A stretch of DNA of 63,712 nt, the filler included, from Sluysia triapertura (lineage: Eukaryota), in NCBI GenBank assembly GCA_046118255.1. It is 5 parts of 5 records of this genome, joined end to end, with 100 filler letters (N's around TTAATTAATTAA, not from the genome) between each part and the next. Parts side by side here need not be neighbours in the genome. Positions count along the whole stretch, not along the records: positions 1 to 16,216 come from JBJNIA010208256.1; 4 more parts are not named here. One strand, 5' to 3'. Shown here in pieces: positions 1 through 12,100 of this stretch. The notes under the pieces are model-generated. The model did not search any database. It was not told the origin of the DNA and saw only the letters and a program-made list of their open reading frames with translations. The translations under genes were made by a program, and so were the position numbers. Position 1 is the first letter of the stretch; each line of letters begins with the position of its first letter.

Positions 1-1934
1 ATTATTCTTCGTTAGCATGTACCACATCAATACAATCACCAAATCTCATCATAAATACATTACTTTCAACTTTTCTCAGATTTTTAAGATTAGAATTTAT
101 AGCACTAGATAGTATCATAGAATTTTTATAATACATTGCGAAATAAGTTTTTAAACTTATATCTAACATTTATTAATCTAAAAAATGAGATGACAAAAAT
201 TCTATTTATTATTTCTAACGTTTGCTCCAATGAAATATTAATTTGCATCTATTATCGCAAATTCACTTTATAGTGGCTAATATTGATGACATTAATGGCT
301 TAAATATAATGAAGATATGAAGGCTAAATTAAATTAAATTAAATTAAATTATTTATTTATTATTATTATTAAAATTATTATTATTATTATTAATGTTATA
401 ATTCATACTGCTATAGGTTTGAGTAAAGCAAAGTTCTTTCTGAAGAGAACGTCTTCTTTTTCAAATAGTTAAAAAAATAAATATAACTAATTTGCAGGAA
501 ACTTTAACAATTAATTCAATAATCTGATATATTTGTTTGGAAATTTTGACTGTTAACTTAATGAAATTTGTATTTATGTATTTTAAAAATTTAATAAATT
601 TCAAAACAAAAACTTAAGGTTGACGCCTTTGATGAATATGAAAAATTTGACAATGAACAAGTTAACTAAACAAACAACATGTTTAATGAGTAAAAGAAAA
701 AGAATAAAAATAATATATGCGTGAGTAAACATTAAGGCTGAATATTGCTGTCAAATAGTGACTGCATTTCCTACATATGTTGGAGTTTCATCATACTAAG
801 TTACGTCATAAAAACTAACTTTATATTGTATTTTCATAAACATTAATTATGGATATATATCTATAATAGTTTTGAAACTTTTCGTAATTAAAATTTGTAA
901 GAAACACATAAATATATGTAACTTAGATATTACGAAATATTCATTGATTAAAAATTAATTTTTTATTATCATTTTTATATTTTATAATTTCAGATGAATA
1001 TAATCAGTGTCTCGTTTGAAGCTTTTATTCAACTTCGCGTTCGTACATTAGTAATTATGAGCAACCGTGTTTTGTGGCCAACTGTTGTTTATATAAGAAT
1101 TTATAGATACTTAAATATATTATTATATTTCATCGACTTAAAATTTTATAATGCATATTCGGTTATTTATAATATATTTATAATATAATAAAATTTATAA
1201 TATATTCGGTTATTTTTTAATTATTTCAATATATATTAATAATGAATGTATTTCTCAGATACATTTAACCTCCGCATAGTTAGTATAATTATAATAAATT
1301 ATGTAAAATTATGAAATTGTGCCATTCTAATTCATGAAAACAATTATATAAATAAATTTTAATTATTTATACTTTTCTTTGTTGTACCATGATAAGCATT
1401 TATCAAATATTCAGACATACATTCTTGATTAAAATGTAAGTAAATAATTACTATCTGAAAGATAACACAAGACAACAATAGTACGTCTGGACACTATTTA
1501 AAGATAAAAACTCTAAAAGATGTTTTTATATCATAAAAGAATGATTTTTAGTGATATAGTGTAATGAATAAAATATATAAATATTTTGTAATTAAATTTG
1601 TAACACGTTAGTGATAGCGACTGGAGAAGACGATGATAAACTTGCTAGTACATTAACAACATTGACCTTGAGCTAGTACGAAAATTTATTGTTGATATAT
1701 TATTATTTGCAATTATGGGAGTACCCAAACCATCAACTAAATTGGTTATGAGAGATGTAGTAGATGATGGTGATGCAGTTAGTGGATGAAGTGAATCCAT
1801 GGCAAGGGGCATATCAATAAAAATAACAGAATTCTGGGATTAAGTTTTATATTTGTTTTTATTATTGTAATTATTATTATGAATTGTGATAAGCACTTAT
1901 CACGAAACAACTGTACATGCTTATCGTTCATATT

Positions 1935-2093
1935 AAAACAATAGTTCAGTTTATCATGTGATTCTTTTTGCAGTAAATTAGTTTTTTAATATTGTCTTAT
2001 TGATAGACTCATTTTGTCGTATGACATTTTTTCATTATTTTTACTGAAACCCCAAATTCGTTCAACTTCAGTGGGATTTTTGATTGAGTGTCC
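1935..2093 (-). pseudogene. ETS-domain transcription factor, C-terminal half of the DNA-binding domain, disabled
   Basis: Manual translation after a TAG acceptor gives GHSIKNPTEVERIWGFSKNNEKMSYDKMSLSIRQY*KTNLLQKESHDKLNYCF, matching ETS WG..KN...M.YDK.SR..R.YY. In-frame TAA at 1986-1988; first Arg of RxxR replaced by Leu. Confidence 0.75.
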
Positions 2094-2220
2094 CTAGGTT
2101 TTCGGCAACCTAGGTTTAGGTTTATCATCACATCTTTTGATTTTATTGGTTTTGTAGTGATTGTTATTTATAAAACTGGGTTTCCTAATGCTAAAATTGG
2201 TGGGATTTATATTACAAATA

Positions 2221-2715
2221 TTAGATATGCTTGTAATAGGTGGTATAACATTTGGTGATGTGTTGAGGAGTATGATGATGATGGCTGTTATTTTGTGACT
2301 GTTGTTGCTGTTGATGATGTTCCAATGATGATAAACGTTGAATTTGATTTATATTTCTTAATACTGATTCTTTCTTATTGTTATAATTTTGTAATTTGAC
2401 ATATTCCGGATCTACTAGTACAACTCCATCAACGACAATTATCACCAAAATGACCACTTTTTGTTCAAAATAATCTCTCGTAATACCAGATAAAAAAGCA
2501 TTTATTGTTCAAATATACTAGATGTGGCTTTCATTTCCATTTGCCTTTGTGATATTTGCATTAATGTCGTAATATGCTTGATGCAAGCATTTTACTTTTT
2601 CATATAAGTTGCTTAAATCCAAAATTATATCTAAATTCATAGGAGAACCCAAACATGTTATTAAAGTTACACCAAATAATGATTAAGTGACGAGGGATTC
2701 TTCACTATTAAACCA
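2221..2715 (-). pseudogene. Q/H-rich low-complexity coding remnant, probably the upstream part of the ETS pseudogene
   Basis: ORF 2221..2457 (HHQQQQQSQNNSHHHH) plus upstream coding-like frame with stops (FNSEESLVT*SLFGVTLITCLGS...), same strand as and adjacent to the ETS segment. Confidence 0.35.
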
Positions 2716-3545
2716 AAACAAATCTAGCATTTAACTTTTAATGGCTTATTACTTCTAAGAGATGAAGATTATAGAAATATTAATAAAATTTTAAGAACTG
2801 GATAATAATAGTGATAAGACACGAGAAACAATAAACATGTGTACAAAATAAACACACATACATAAAGAGAGTAAACGGAGAAAACAATGTGACAACAATA
2901 AAAGTTATAATGACAACGATTATAAAATAGGAGTAATATAACAGAATTATTAAGAGAATTATTATTGTGATAGAAATTATGATAACAATAAACGTAAGTT
3001 ATGATAATTATACATTATGACTGTGTTTATGTTTTGAATGAATCCATTACTTTAAAAATAATTCTTTAGAACATTTTATAATTCTTAAATCTTCAAAAAT
3101 CCTAAACACAAAATTTCATAACATCAAAATCATATTCAACATTGAAAGCCATAAAAATACACTTTAAAAATTAATTCAAAACATTTTAAATTCAATATAT
3201 CACACTTTACCTATTATACTGTGAGAAATCAATTGTTAACTGTCCAAACTGTGGATAATTTACTTTATTGTGTAAATTTATTATTTACTTTATTATGATT
3301 ATGATTTATTTTACATTTATTATTGTTCTGTAAATTTATTTAGTTATTATTTACTGTATTATGATTTTTTATTTATTATAAAAAATTATTATTATAAAGA
3401 AATATATTTAAAAAAATCATTAAAAGAAATATATTTAAAAATCATTAAAAATCATTATTTCTTAATATTTAAAAACTAATATTTATAAATTTTGTTTAAT
3501 TAAAGTAAATTAATTATGTGTCAATTTTTCAAAATAACAAACAAC

Positions 3546-4179
3546 ATGGCCGTTGAAAGAAAATTGTGTATAAAAGTCACTGACTTTGCAGATTTATCAC
3601 AATTTTATTTTAATAGCCAGTTGGTAATTAATCTTCAAAATCTTCCACCAGATATCAATGAAAGTGGTAAGTTTTTATTTATTAAGTTGTATGACCTTCT
3701 CACCGTAAAAAGGGAGAAGTAAATTTTTACTTAAACTATTTTTAACTTTGCTTATACCGTAAACGGATAAGTAAAAATCAGTCTAAAATAATAAAACTAA
3801 ATTCTTCGGAATTTAAGTTGAATAAAATCATTATCTGTAACATAAATTCCTTCGAATATTTTGTGTTGAATTATAATTTTGAGTATTCTTTGTGGTAAAT
3901 AAAACTTTCTTTACTTAAAATTTGTTTTGGAATTATTATTAAAATCATTGTCAAACGCTAGACCGTAACAAGGCTAGCTTAATATTATAAAATTTACATC
4001 ATAGTTTTCAATAATTAGACCGTAAACGGCTAATTTAATATTTCATTAACAAGTTAGACCGTAAAAAGGCTAACTCAAAATCAGTTAAATTTATTGTCAA
4101 TTCTAACATTCTAAAATTCTCTTTAGGTGATCCTTATCTTAACACTTGTTCATTTCTATTTTTGCATAGTAAATCCTAA
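3546..4179 (+). CDS. Putative small two-exon ORF (3546-3666 + 4127-4179, 57 aa), unknown product
   Basis: ATG in AACATGG context; donor G|GTAAGT at 3667; branch-like TTCTAAC at 4101; pyrimidine tract and TAG acceptor at 4126; spliced frame MAVERKLCIKV...DINESGDPYLNTCSFLFLHSKS*. Confidence 0.35.
3696..4075 (+). repeat. Array of five structurally conserved hairpins (stem-A-CC-GTAA(N2-3)-GG-stem)
   Basis: Units at 3696-3719, 3750-3772, 3957-3978, 4013-4035 and 4052-4075; lower stems differ in sequence but remain paired. Confidence 0.85.
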
Positions 4180-4277
4180 CAGGCCGCCGTCGTTCAGACT
4201 TAAGTCGTTTTTGTTAGGCGAACTCTCTCCAGGTTTATTTGCAACGTAGGTTAGGTGAAACTACATCTTTGCAAATT

Positions 4278-4303
4278 TGGTGCCCAGAAAGAGGAATTGA
4301 ACC
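4278..4303 (+). promoter_or_regulatory. Primer-binding-site-like motif (complement of a tRNA 3' end including CCA)
   Basis: TGGTGCCCAGAAAGAGGAATTGAACC is the reverse complement of GGTTCAATTCCTCTTTCTGGGCACCA (T-loop, T/acceptor 3' strand, CCA). Confidence 0.6.
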
Positions 4304-4324
4304 CTTCACTCTGCAAAAAATTTT

Positions 4325-6190
4325 GTTCTTGGTCGGACTCAATCCGTGACTATCGGGGCAAGAAAATAATATATTTTAAACAACATAAAAGTGTACAAAC
4401 ATAGAATAGATACATATATATCCACAAAAGTGGGAGTTTTAAAACTCTATAGATATGAATAAATTAAAAATGTTTTTAGGATCACAAGAGGTTAATTTTT
4501 ATTTATCAAATGTTCGCTGATTCTGTTTCATCGATTAATGCCACATTGTTTTCTTCTGAACTTCTTTCTTTTTAGCTTATATCTGCATCGTCGATATATG
4601 TTTCATTTATATCTGTTTCATTGATACCTGCTTCATGTGTATCTGCTCCGTTAGTTTCAATTTCATTATCACCATTGTCGAGGAATATACCATTATTGTG
4701 CACATTATAGATTCCGCAACTATCCGCAATAGATTTAATTATACATTCCTTCTTTATCTTTTCGATTACTGCCAAAGAGAAACCAAGTAATTTCAGGATA
4801 TTGTTGTTTTTAGGATGCCAAGTGTCCAATGATCCCACGCAAATTTATCGAGAAATACTGCCCAGTTTGGTTTTATGGATGTAATTTCATTGACAAGATT
4901 TTGATATTTTGTCTCGTTGAGAGTTCGAGAAAGATTCATAATGGTCGCTTCATCATAAGGTGTTTTGACATCGATAAGGATACATTTGTTCTTTGAATCT
5001 GATATTAATTGTATGTCCACTCTCAACATACTTGAGCTGAATTCGCATATTCTGTCTATAATAACTTGGAAGTGGTGCAGATTTAATAGATTTAATAGAT
5101 TCAATCATATCTGAGCTGTTGATACAATGATTCAGAATATGAGCTTGTGATTCAGGCCATAATTTGCATTTTTGACAAATTCTATCATTATAATCTTTTT
5201 CAGCTCTGTCGTTAACTGGAAGAGAGGTAGTTAGGGCTCTGTGGATGAATGCCCATTGATAATATCGAAGATTTCCATGGCAGAGAATTGTTGTTGATGT
5301 TCTGGAACTTGATATTGATGTTGCTCATTTTCCAGCAAGCTTTTGTACTGACCATTTATAAAAGTAATGTACTAAAATACTGACTCAATGTTTCACCTAC
5401 TTTATTTTTATATTTAGAGGTTATTAATTTTGAGGCTATAATATTTGATGTTTTGTTATTAAATTGTAACTTTAAACAAATACCTAATTCTAATTTAACA
5501 AAATTTAAGGCAATTAAAAAGTTGCGATTTAAATAGAAAATACTGTTCCTGACCCTACACCACCAAAGGGAAATATGTCATGTTCTTGACCAGAATTAGG
5601 CCATTCGAGTGGATCTGGAATTTCATAATTATATGGCAAATGAGAGTGTCGTGATGAAGTATTTAAAAGTCCTTGAAAGGCAAGTTTGGCAACATTTTCG
5701 TCATCACAAACTAACATTCGGAATGCAAAAATGATTGAATTTACTGCACAATCATCCCTGGCTGAGATTAAGCCAACTCCACCTTTTGATATTGGAGAAT
5801 AAAGGTAATTATTAGTTGCATAGTGTGGTAGCTTGAGAATTCCTTTAATTAGTTTACGTATTTTTGCATCATATCCAGGTTGTTTGATATATTGATCAGT
5901 GCGATTTTTGAATCCACGACTAAATAGCATGTCAATGTGGAATCATGATGTTCTCATTGTAAATTGTAGACGAGAGTGTATAAATGTTTTATATACATCT
6001 ATCATTTGCCATGGTTTATGTCCACTTTTAGAGATTTTATCAAAATCTTGAATAGCTCTTTCAGTAACTCTTTTGGATCGTGCTTTTGGAAATGACCAAA
6101 ATGTACTCCCAAGTATTTGTATGAATCCTTAGATATTATTGGAATTTGGTTTTCATAAATAATAGGAACAGACTGATCCAATAAATTCAG
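4325..6190 (-). mobile_element. 5'-truncated, decayed non-LTR retrotransposon with restriction-like endonuclease (Utopia/NeSL-like, R2 group)
   Basis: RT C-terminus YKYLGV, KPWQMIDVYKTF, LPHYATNNYLYSPISKGGVGL; WAFIHRA; CCHC knuckle CQKC...ESQAHILNHC; RLE motifs RVDIQL...ILIDVKTPYD...KY..L; several stops and frameshifts. The 3' boundary is approximate. Confidence 0.85.
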
Positions 6191-6279
6191 AAACTTTTGT
6201 AGTTTCGATATGTAGTACTTTATATGTTTTAATAGTTAAACTATTTTCGATTTATTCCATTATCCCATTTTTGATTTAC

Positions 6280-6800
6280 TCATAATATAATGTAGTACTA
6301 AATTTAAAATAATTCGAGTATTGATCTTCATAAATTTCTAACTTTTCGGAATCTTTTAGCCACTGACTCAATTTCGATTCTGCAATTTTAGGTTTAATTT
6401 CACTGATAGGTTTAGCACCAAAATAAGCATCAACTTCTTCGTCTGTCATGGTTCTTGGCCATTTAAATTTTGACTTTCACTTTCTTTCAGACGATTTTCT
6501 TGCACTGTCATCTTCATTCATATTAACTGCGCCTCTAAAATTACAACTATTAAACTTATAGTAAAATGGCACTTCTCCAGAAGTAGAGAGTGCTAAAGAT
6601 GATTGCGACGTGTAAGAATCACATACATAATCTCGATTGTCCATATCAAATTTCGGAAAATAATGATTTATAAGAATAAAATCTAATCTAACCAACGCTT
6701 TCAGATTTATTTCATAAAAATTCATAACACTATCACTTTTATCCATAGGATTTATCCTATCTGTAGGGAATCGTCTAAACAATTCAAACTTGGTTTTGTT
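6280..6800 (-). pseudogene. Disrupted ORF of unknown identity (~170 aa)
   Basis: ORF 6477..6782 continues in frame past one TGA as KSKFKWPRTMTDEEVDAYFGAKPISEIKPKIAESKLSQWLKDSEKLEIYEDQYSNYFKF. Confidence 0.35.
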
Positions 6801-6879
6801 GTCACAGTTTTAACAGGTAATGCTTTAAAATTCGTCATTTGAATTCTATTATTTAAATAAAAATATTTTGCTTCGACCT

Positions 6880-7379
6880 TCCAGAAAATAATAATAGTAA
6901 TACACAAAGAAAATAATAATAATAAATTAAAAATAAAATTAAAAATATTAATAAAAATAATAGTGAAAATAATAAAAATAATAATAAAAATGAAAATGAA
7001 ATTAAAAATATTAATAAAAATGATTAAAAACCACGATGAACCACTCCAAAATCGCAACCCTGGCAAAAACAATAGTGAACATTCACAACTACATGTAATA
7101 CCGGGGTAGCGATGTATCCGTTTGATGTGACAGCAAAAGTAGGGCAATGACGCGGTTTCGGTACTAACAAATCATGTGACGCGTGTTTGACTTCCCAATA
7201 TGTACTATTGATTCGACATAAAGTTGAAATTTTAGTTGTGGTTTTATTATTTTAGGTCTCATAGCCTATGAATTTCAGTTTTAATTGTTATGATTTCATG
7301 TTCGTGAGTCTGTGTTTGGGTATGAACGTTTATGTATGCGACGAGAAATAAAGGAGTCTGATAAGTGTTGAACACTACA
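6880..7379 (+). mobile_element. Possible 3' end of an LTR retrotransposon (low-complexity tail plus ~275-bp LTR)
   Basis: A-rich repeats followed by a PR*TT..RNP-like post-integrase tail; candidate LTR 7105-7379 bounded by (G)GTAGCG...CACTACA with AATAAA near 7347. Confidence 0.35.
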
Positions 7380-7927
7380 GTTAAATTTTAATTTAATGAT
7401 TCTGAAAAGATAATTATCTTTACATAATTAAAATTGGACATAGGTGGAAATTACTGCTCAAATTTAATCATTAATCTATAAACACAAGTGGTCAATATGG
7501 CGTTGAGCACGGTAAGTATGCGACGTCGACTGCACAAAAGTAAAGGTCGTAAATTTCAAGTGACTTTGCGAGCAATTTACTTTCTGTTCTCTTGGCAGCA
7601 GCATTATTTGGAATTAAGGCTATCAAAGTCAAATATGCAATCGTGTATTGCACTAGTAATTCTAACTAAAAGTTTTAATTAAGTCCTTGAAATCAAAGAT
7701 AAAGATTTATCAAATGGAACAAATTTTTCTATAGTGTACAAATAGTGTATATATTTCCATGTATATTAATGATTTTTTTAAATTGCAGTAGATTATTTAT
7801 AAAATATTATGGCAGTAACAACCAAAGCAAAATAAAAAAATAAAAACCATAACTTCATTTAAAATGTCTTAGATTCAATTTCCAAAGATTAAAGTGTTTA
7901 AGAAATCATACAAGAATAGCTTTATTA

Positions 7928-9138
7928 AAGGGTTATGCATTAATATATTTTAAATTATGCAAAATAAATTTAAAATTACGCAATGATATATTTAAATTTA
8001 TGAAATAATTTATTTAGTATATAAATAAAATTTAATGGCAACAAATCATTTTATAATTATATTTTTGATGTAAAATTTAAAACTGAAATTTGTTTTTTAA
8101 AATTGAATATAATATTTTTAATCAAATTTTTAATCACTTAAAATATTAGATGAATTCTTGTCTGCTTAATGCCTTTTCAGTTCATCTCCTCATATTCAGG
8201 TATTTCATTTCTAATTATTTCTGCTATTTTATTTTTTATTTAGTGAGGTTGATAAAATACTGATAATTTGGATTTGATACAGCTACATAATTCAATTAGG
8301 TTAAGCTGAGGGGAATATGATGGAAGGAATTTGTAAGCTATGCTTTTTTATCTTAATAAATTTATTACATCGTTTTTATGATGAAATTTGCAGTTATCCA
8401 TTATTAAAACGTCATTTTAAATATTTGAAAATGAGGTACAAGTTTTATATTGTTAAATTCAAAAAAAATCGTCATTAAATGTCCCATCTTTTATTTCAAA
8501 TGTAATGGTTCCGAAATTTTTATAGAAATAATGCAGCTTATGTTTGTACCAATGATTCATTTTATTATTTTGAATTACTGCATTTTTTGGAGAATAACCA
8601 TAGTTTCTTACTTGGTGTAAGTTAATACCAGTCTCATCCAAGAAAAATAAAGAAGAATTTTCAACGTGTTAGATTGATCTGGCATAAATCTGCCTTGTTA
8701 GAGTTTTGTTTAAATAGAATTTTAACTAGCCTTTTCCTTGTGAATTCTATAGTCTTGAGGATTCTTGAAACTGTACTTTGAGTAATGTTCAAATTCAAAC
8801 CCAAACCAACTCATTTTGACTGTAGTAATGAGAAGTAATGAGGAGATCTTGCTTTTTATTTCGGATCTTGGTAAGGGTTTTCTCCCTCTCTTCGCTCCCA
8901 TTATCCCATTCATCACTTATATTATCTGCCACTTTCGCAATTATGTTGTACACTGAGATTACTTTAGCTGAACAATCTTTATCAAACATCTTGCGTATTA
9001 TTCTTAATGACTCTGCAGTGATTGTCTTTTTTCTTGCTCTCTCATGAATATTTTCATCTTATAAGTTTAATTCTTCTTCCATGGAAAAATTTAATAAATT
9101 TTTTACAATTAATTTTAAATTTATTTTGCACAACCCTG
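7928..9138 (-). mobile_element. Tc1/IS630-like DD34E transposon, full-length but decayed
   Basis: FLDETGINLH..YGYSP; MDN followed by 34 residues to E in FLPSYSPQLNLIE; TIR TA|CAGGGTTGTGCAAAATAAATTTAAAATT at 9138 and an interrupted copy TA|AAGGGTTATGCA...AAATAAATTTAAAATT at 7928. Confidence 0.85.
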
Positions 9139-12100
9139 TAACAAATCTCATTGTTGGAATACTTATAAATTACCATTAATCTTATAATTTGTAAGTTTCC
9201 ATGAATTTTAAATAAAGCGTAAAATCAACATAAAATCGTTTTTTTAAATAGGCTAGGGAAATATTTTTAACATTATTGTAGATTTGATTTAAATAACTTT
9301 TAAAATCCGTACATTTGTTAAAAATATTCATTTGTTCTAAAGTAATATCCTTTAAAACCTCATTTTAAATAAAGGCGTAAATTCTAGGGTATTATAAAAT
9401 ATTTGAAATTCCACAAAATCTAATTACCTTTTGAACTCTAATTTTAAGTTCATACACAAATTTATTATTTTATGACTTAAATAATTGACTTCCATTTTTT
9501 TGCAAAGTCATGTGAATAAACCAATTAAGCTTTTATTTATGATCGTACGTTGTCTTCTTTNNNNNNNNNNNNNNNNNNNNNNNNNNNNNNNNNNNNNNNN
9601 NNNNNNNNNNNNNNNNNNNNNNNNNNNNNNNNNNNNNNNNNNNNNNNNNNNNNNNNNNNNNNNNNNNNNNNNNNNNNNNNNNNNNNNNNNNNNNNNNNNN
9701 NNNNNNNNNNNNNNNNNNNNNNNNNNNNNNNNNNNNNAATTCTAAACTTTATAAAATTTTTAATTTCTTTAACTTTATAATCGATAGCTTTTAATTTACT
9801 CGAATTGTCAGAATACTTTCACAAATGTCGAATCATTTTAAAACCTTAATATACATAGTCCGTAAAGTGTGAAATCGCAATTATAATTCATCTCTGATGT
9901 TAGAGATGAAATTGTAAATAAATCTTTAAACGTTTTTGTCGAAGTTTCAATAAAGAATTAAGAAAAATACGAAAATAACTAAAACATATTTCAACACTTT
10001 TAATACAACACAAATTATACCACAGTATAACCATAGACAGTACTTTTGTTATCATCCACTTACATAAATTCACACAAATTTCACCCACAAATATTTCCTC
10101 CACATCATTTCATTACATCAAGTGCAAACTATAAGTCTAAAATAAAAAATTACTATTAAAATCGTATTAATAGAAAGATCGCTTTCTTCGTTCTCATCAA
10201 CATTATTACGAAGAACACTTTTAGAACTCTTCGAATAGTAAATTATTCAGTTATTCAGCAAGTAATTCGAGATTTAGAGGTCCAATATAAATAAAATTAA
10301 AGGGAAAAAATTTTAATTCCTTAAATTCAATATTGTATGTAACAAGAAAATTGTTGACAATTATTATTTACCACTCTATAAATCTGATTATTCAAATGAA
10401 AGTGAAGATTATCATTTAAAAGAAAAGATTTTAACATATTTAAACATCAGCTATTAATTCATCAACTCCAATAATGTTTATGTTCAAATTTGACACAATT
10501 GTCTGATTGACAGTTTCTCGTTTTGGCATTGAAAGCAATTTCGAACTTATAATTTGGAAATAAGGAATCACAAGTTAAAACAGAAAATGGAGAGGAAAAC
10601 TTTAGCGGAACAAATTAAACGTTTCACAAAAAGAGGAATATTAAAAAATTTATACAGAAATGAAAATAAGAAATTATTGAATTAGAATTTTAGGCACGTT
10701 TATCAAATTAAGAAGCTCGAGATAATGATAATTATTTACCAAGATTTATTATGATTTATTCAAACTTTTAAATATATAAATATCAAATTGGAACTTAATC
10801 TTATAGTTTTAAAAGAGGTTTAATACTTAATAACGTAAATATTGATGATTCTGAGCAATATATTTGTGTATAGAATTAGAAAATATCTTAATGTTACTTT
10901 TTTGAAGTCATTTATTATTAGAATAGATTATAATAATAATTCAACCTTTGAGTACAGCAGTTTTCTTCCCAAGCACGCTATATCGGTCTACTTTTGTGAT
11001 GCACATCCTGGACATTTTTAACATTTGTACATTAATTTTAAATTTTATTGATAATATTATTACTTTTATCTGTTCTTCTAGTTTAATAGGAATTTGTTTT
11101 CATTTCTGTGCCTTAAGAAGATTTTTGACGATTTAATTTTTGATTTTTTTATTAAGATAGTTTTAATAAAGTCAAAATTGATCTTAAGTCCGGAATTAGT
11201 ATTCACTTAAATAAAGTCCAAATTTTTAAAGATAATTTAATAAGTAAACATAAAATGCCTGACATATGGCCATCTCCAATATAATATAAATATAAAATTG
11301 GTCCATTTTGTTTAAATAAGATCGTAAATAAAATCTCTTACATTAATTTCATTCAAAAGTATTTAAATTAGCTATAAAACTACACAACCCTCAAAAACTT
11401 TTATTGTTAACATCACCTTTAAGGAAAAAAACTTTCTTTTTAACCTTCATATTAAAATTTTCTTAACATCATACGGACAATCCGTAAAACGTAAGACTAG
11501 GATCGTAGGTGAATTCATGTATATTATAAACAATTTTATTGTTTACATATTATAAAAATTCAATAACAATAATAATTTCTTTTGCCATTAATTCTTCCTT
11601 AAGTAAGAATTTTACGTATATTTCTGTTTTTTATTGTTGTTATATCAACTTAACTTTAATCTGATTGCTTCAAACTTAATTTTGCTTTTGTATTTCATAT
11701 TTGAACTTTGTATCATTAATTTGCTCACTGTAACAAAAATTGTGCAACGACCTTTTAATTACGATAAATATGGACCTTTTAATTACGAAAAATGTGCTAT
11801 TTAATGCAAGGCATTCCGAAAAAGTATAAAATTATTAAACTTACAAAAAAGTAAACATTTAGGAAAACAGTATGTTGCAAATCTGCAAAGCTTTTATTAT
11901 TCTAATATTAATATAATGAATAATTGCATAATTGTTAAAGACTAACAGTGTGTTTAGTAACTTAATTGTTTTCTAATTCAACTTGCTTTTATCTTTATGT
12001 TTCAAACAATTTGACTAACCAATAAAATTGCATTTATTGTTTTTCAAAATAGCAAATTTTATTTAATATTTTTTTGCTAAGAAAATTAATTTTTAATAAT

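Noticed and set aside
490-1100. Short AG/GT-bounded segments as exons of one gene
   Set aside because: Could not assemble a consistent frame or recognise a domain.
3696-4075. CRISPR array interpretation of the spaced hairpins
   Set aside because: Repeats are not identical, spacers range 16-184 nt, there are no cas genes and the context is eukaryotic.
4278-4359. Functional tRNA gene on the - strand
   Set aside because: No recognisable D or anticodon arm, an internal T6 Pol III terminator, and encoded CCA.
6752-7147. Hydrophobic 131-aa ORF (and similar I/F/L-rich short ORFs) as membrane proteins
   Set aside because: They are antisense readings of A-rich or AAT repeats.
9485-9780. ORFs spanning N runs (also 19030..19278)
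   Set aside because: Open only because of gap characters.
10560-10880. pogo-like transposase fragment
   Set aside because: Only faint motif resemblance; too degraded to support.
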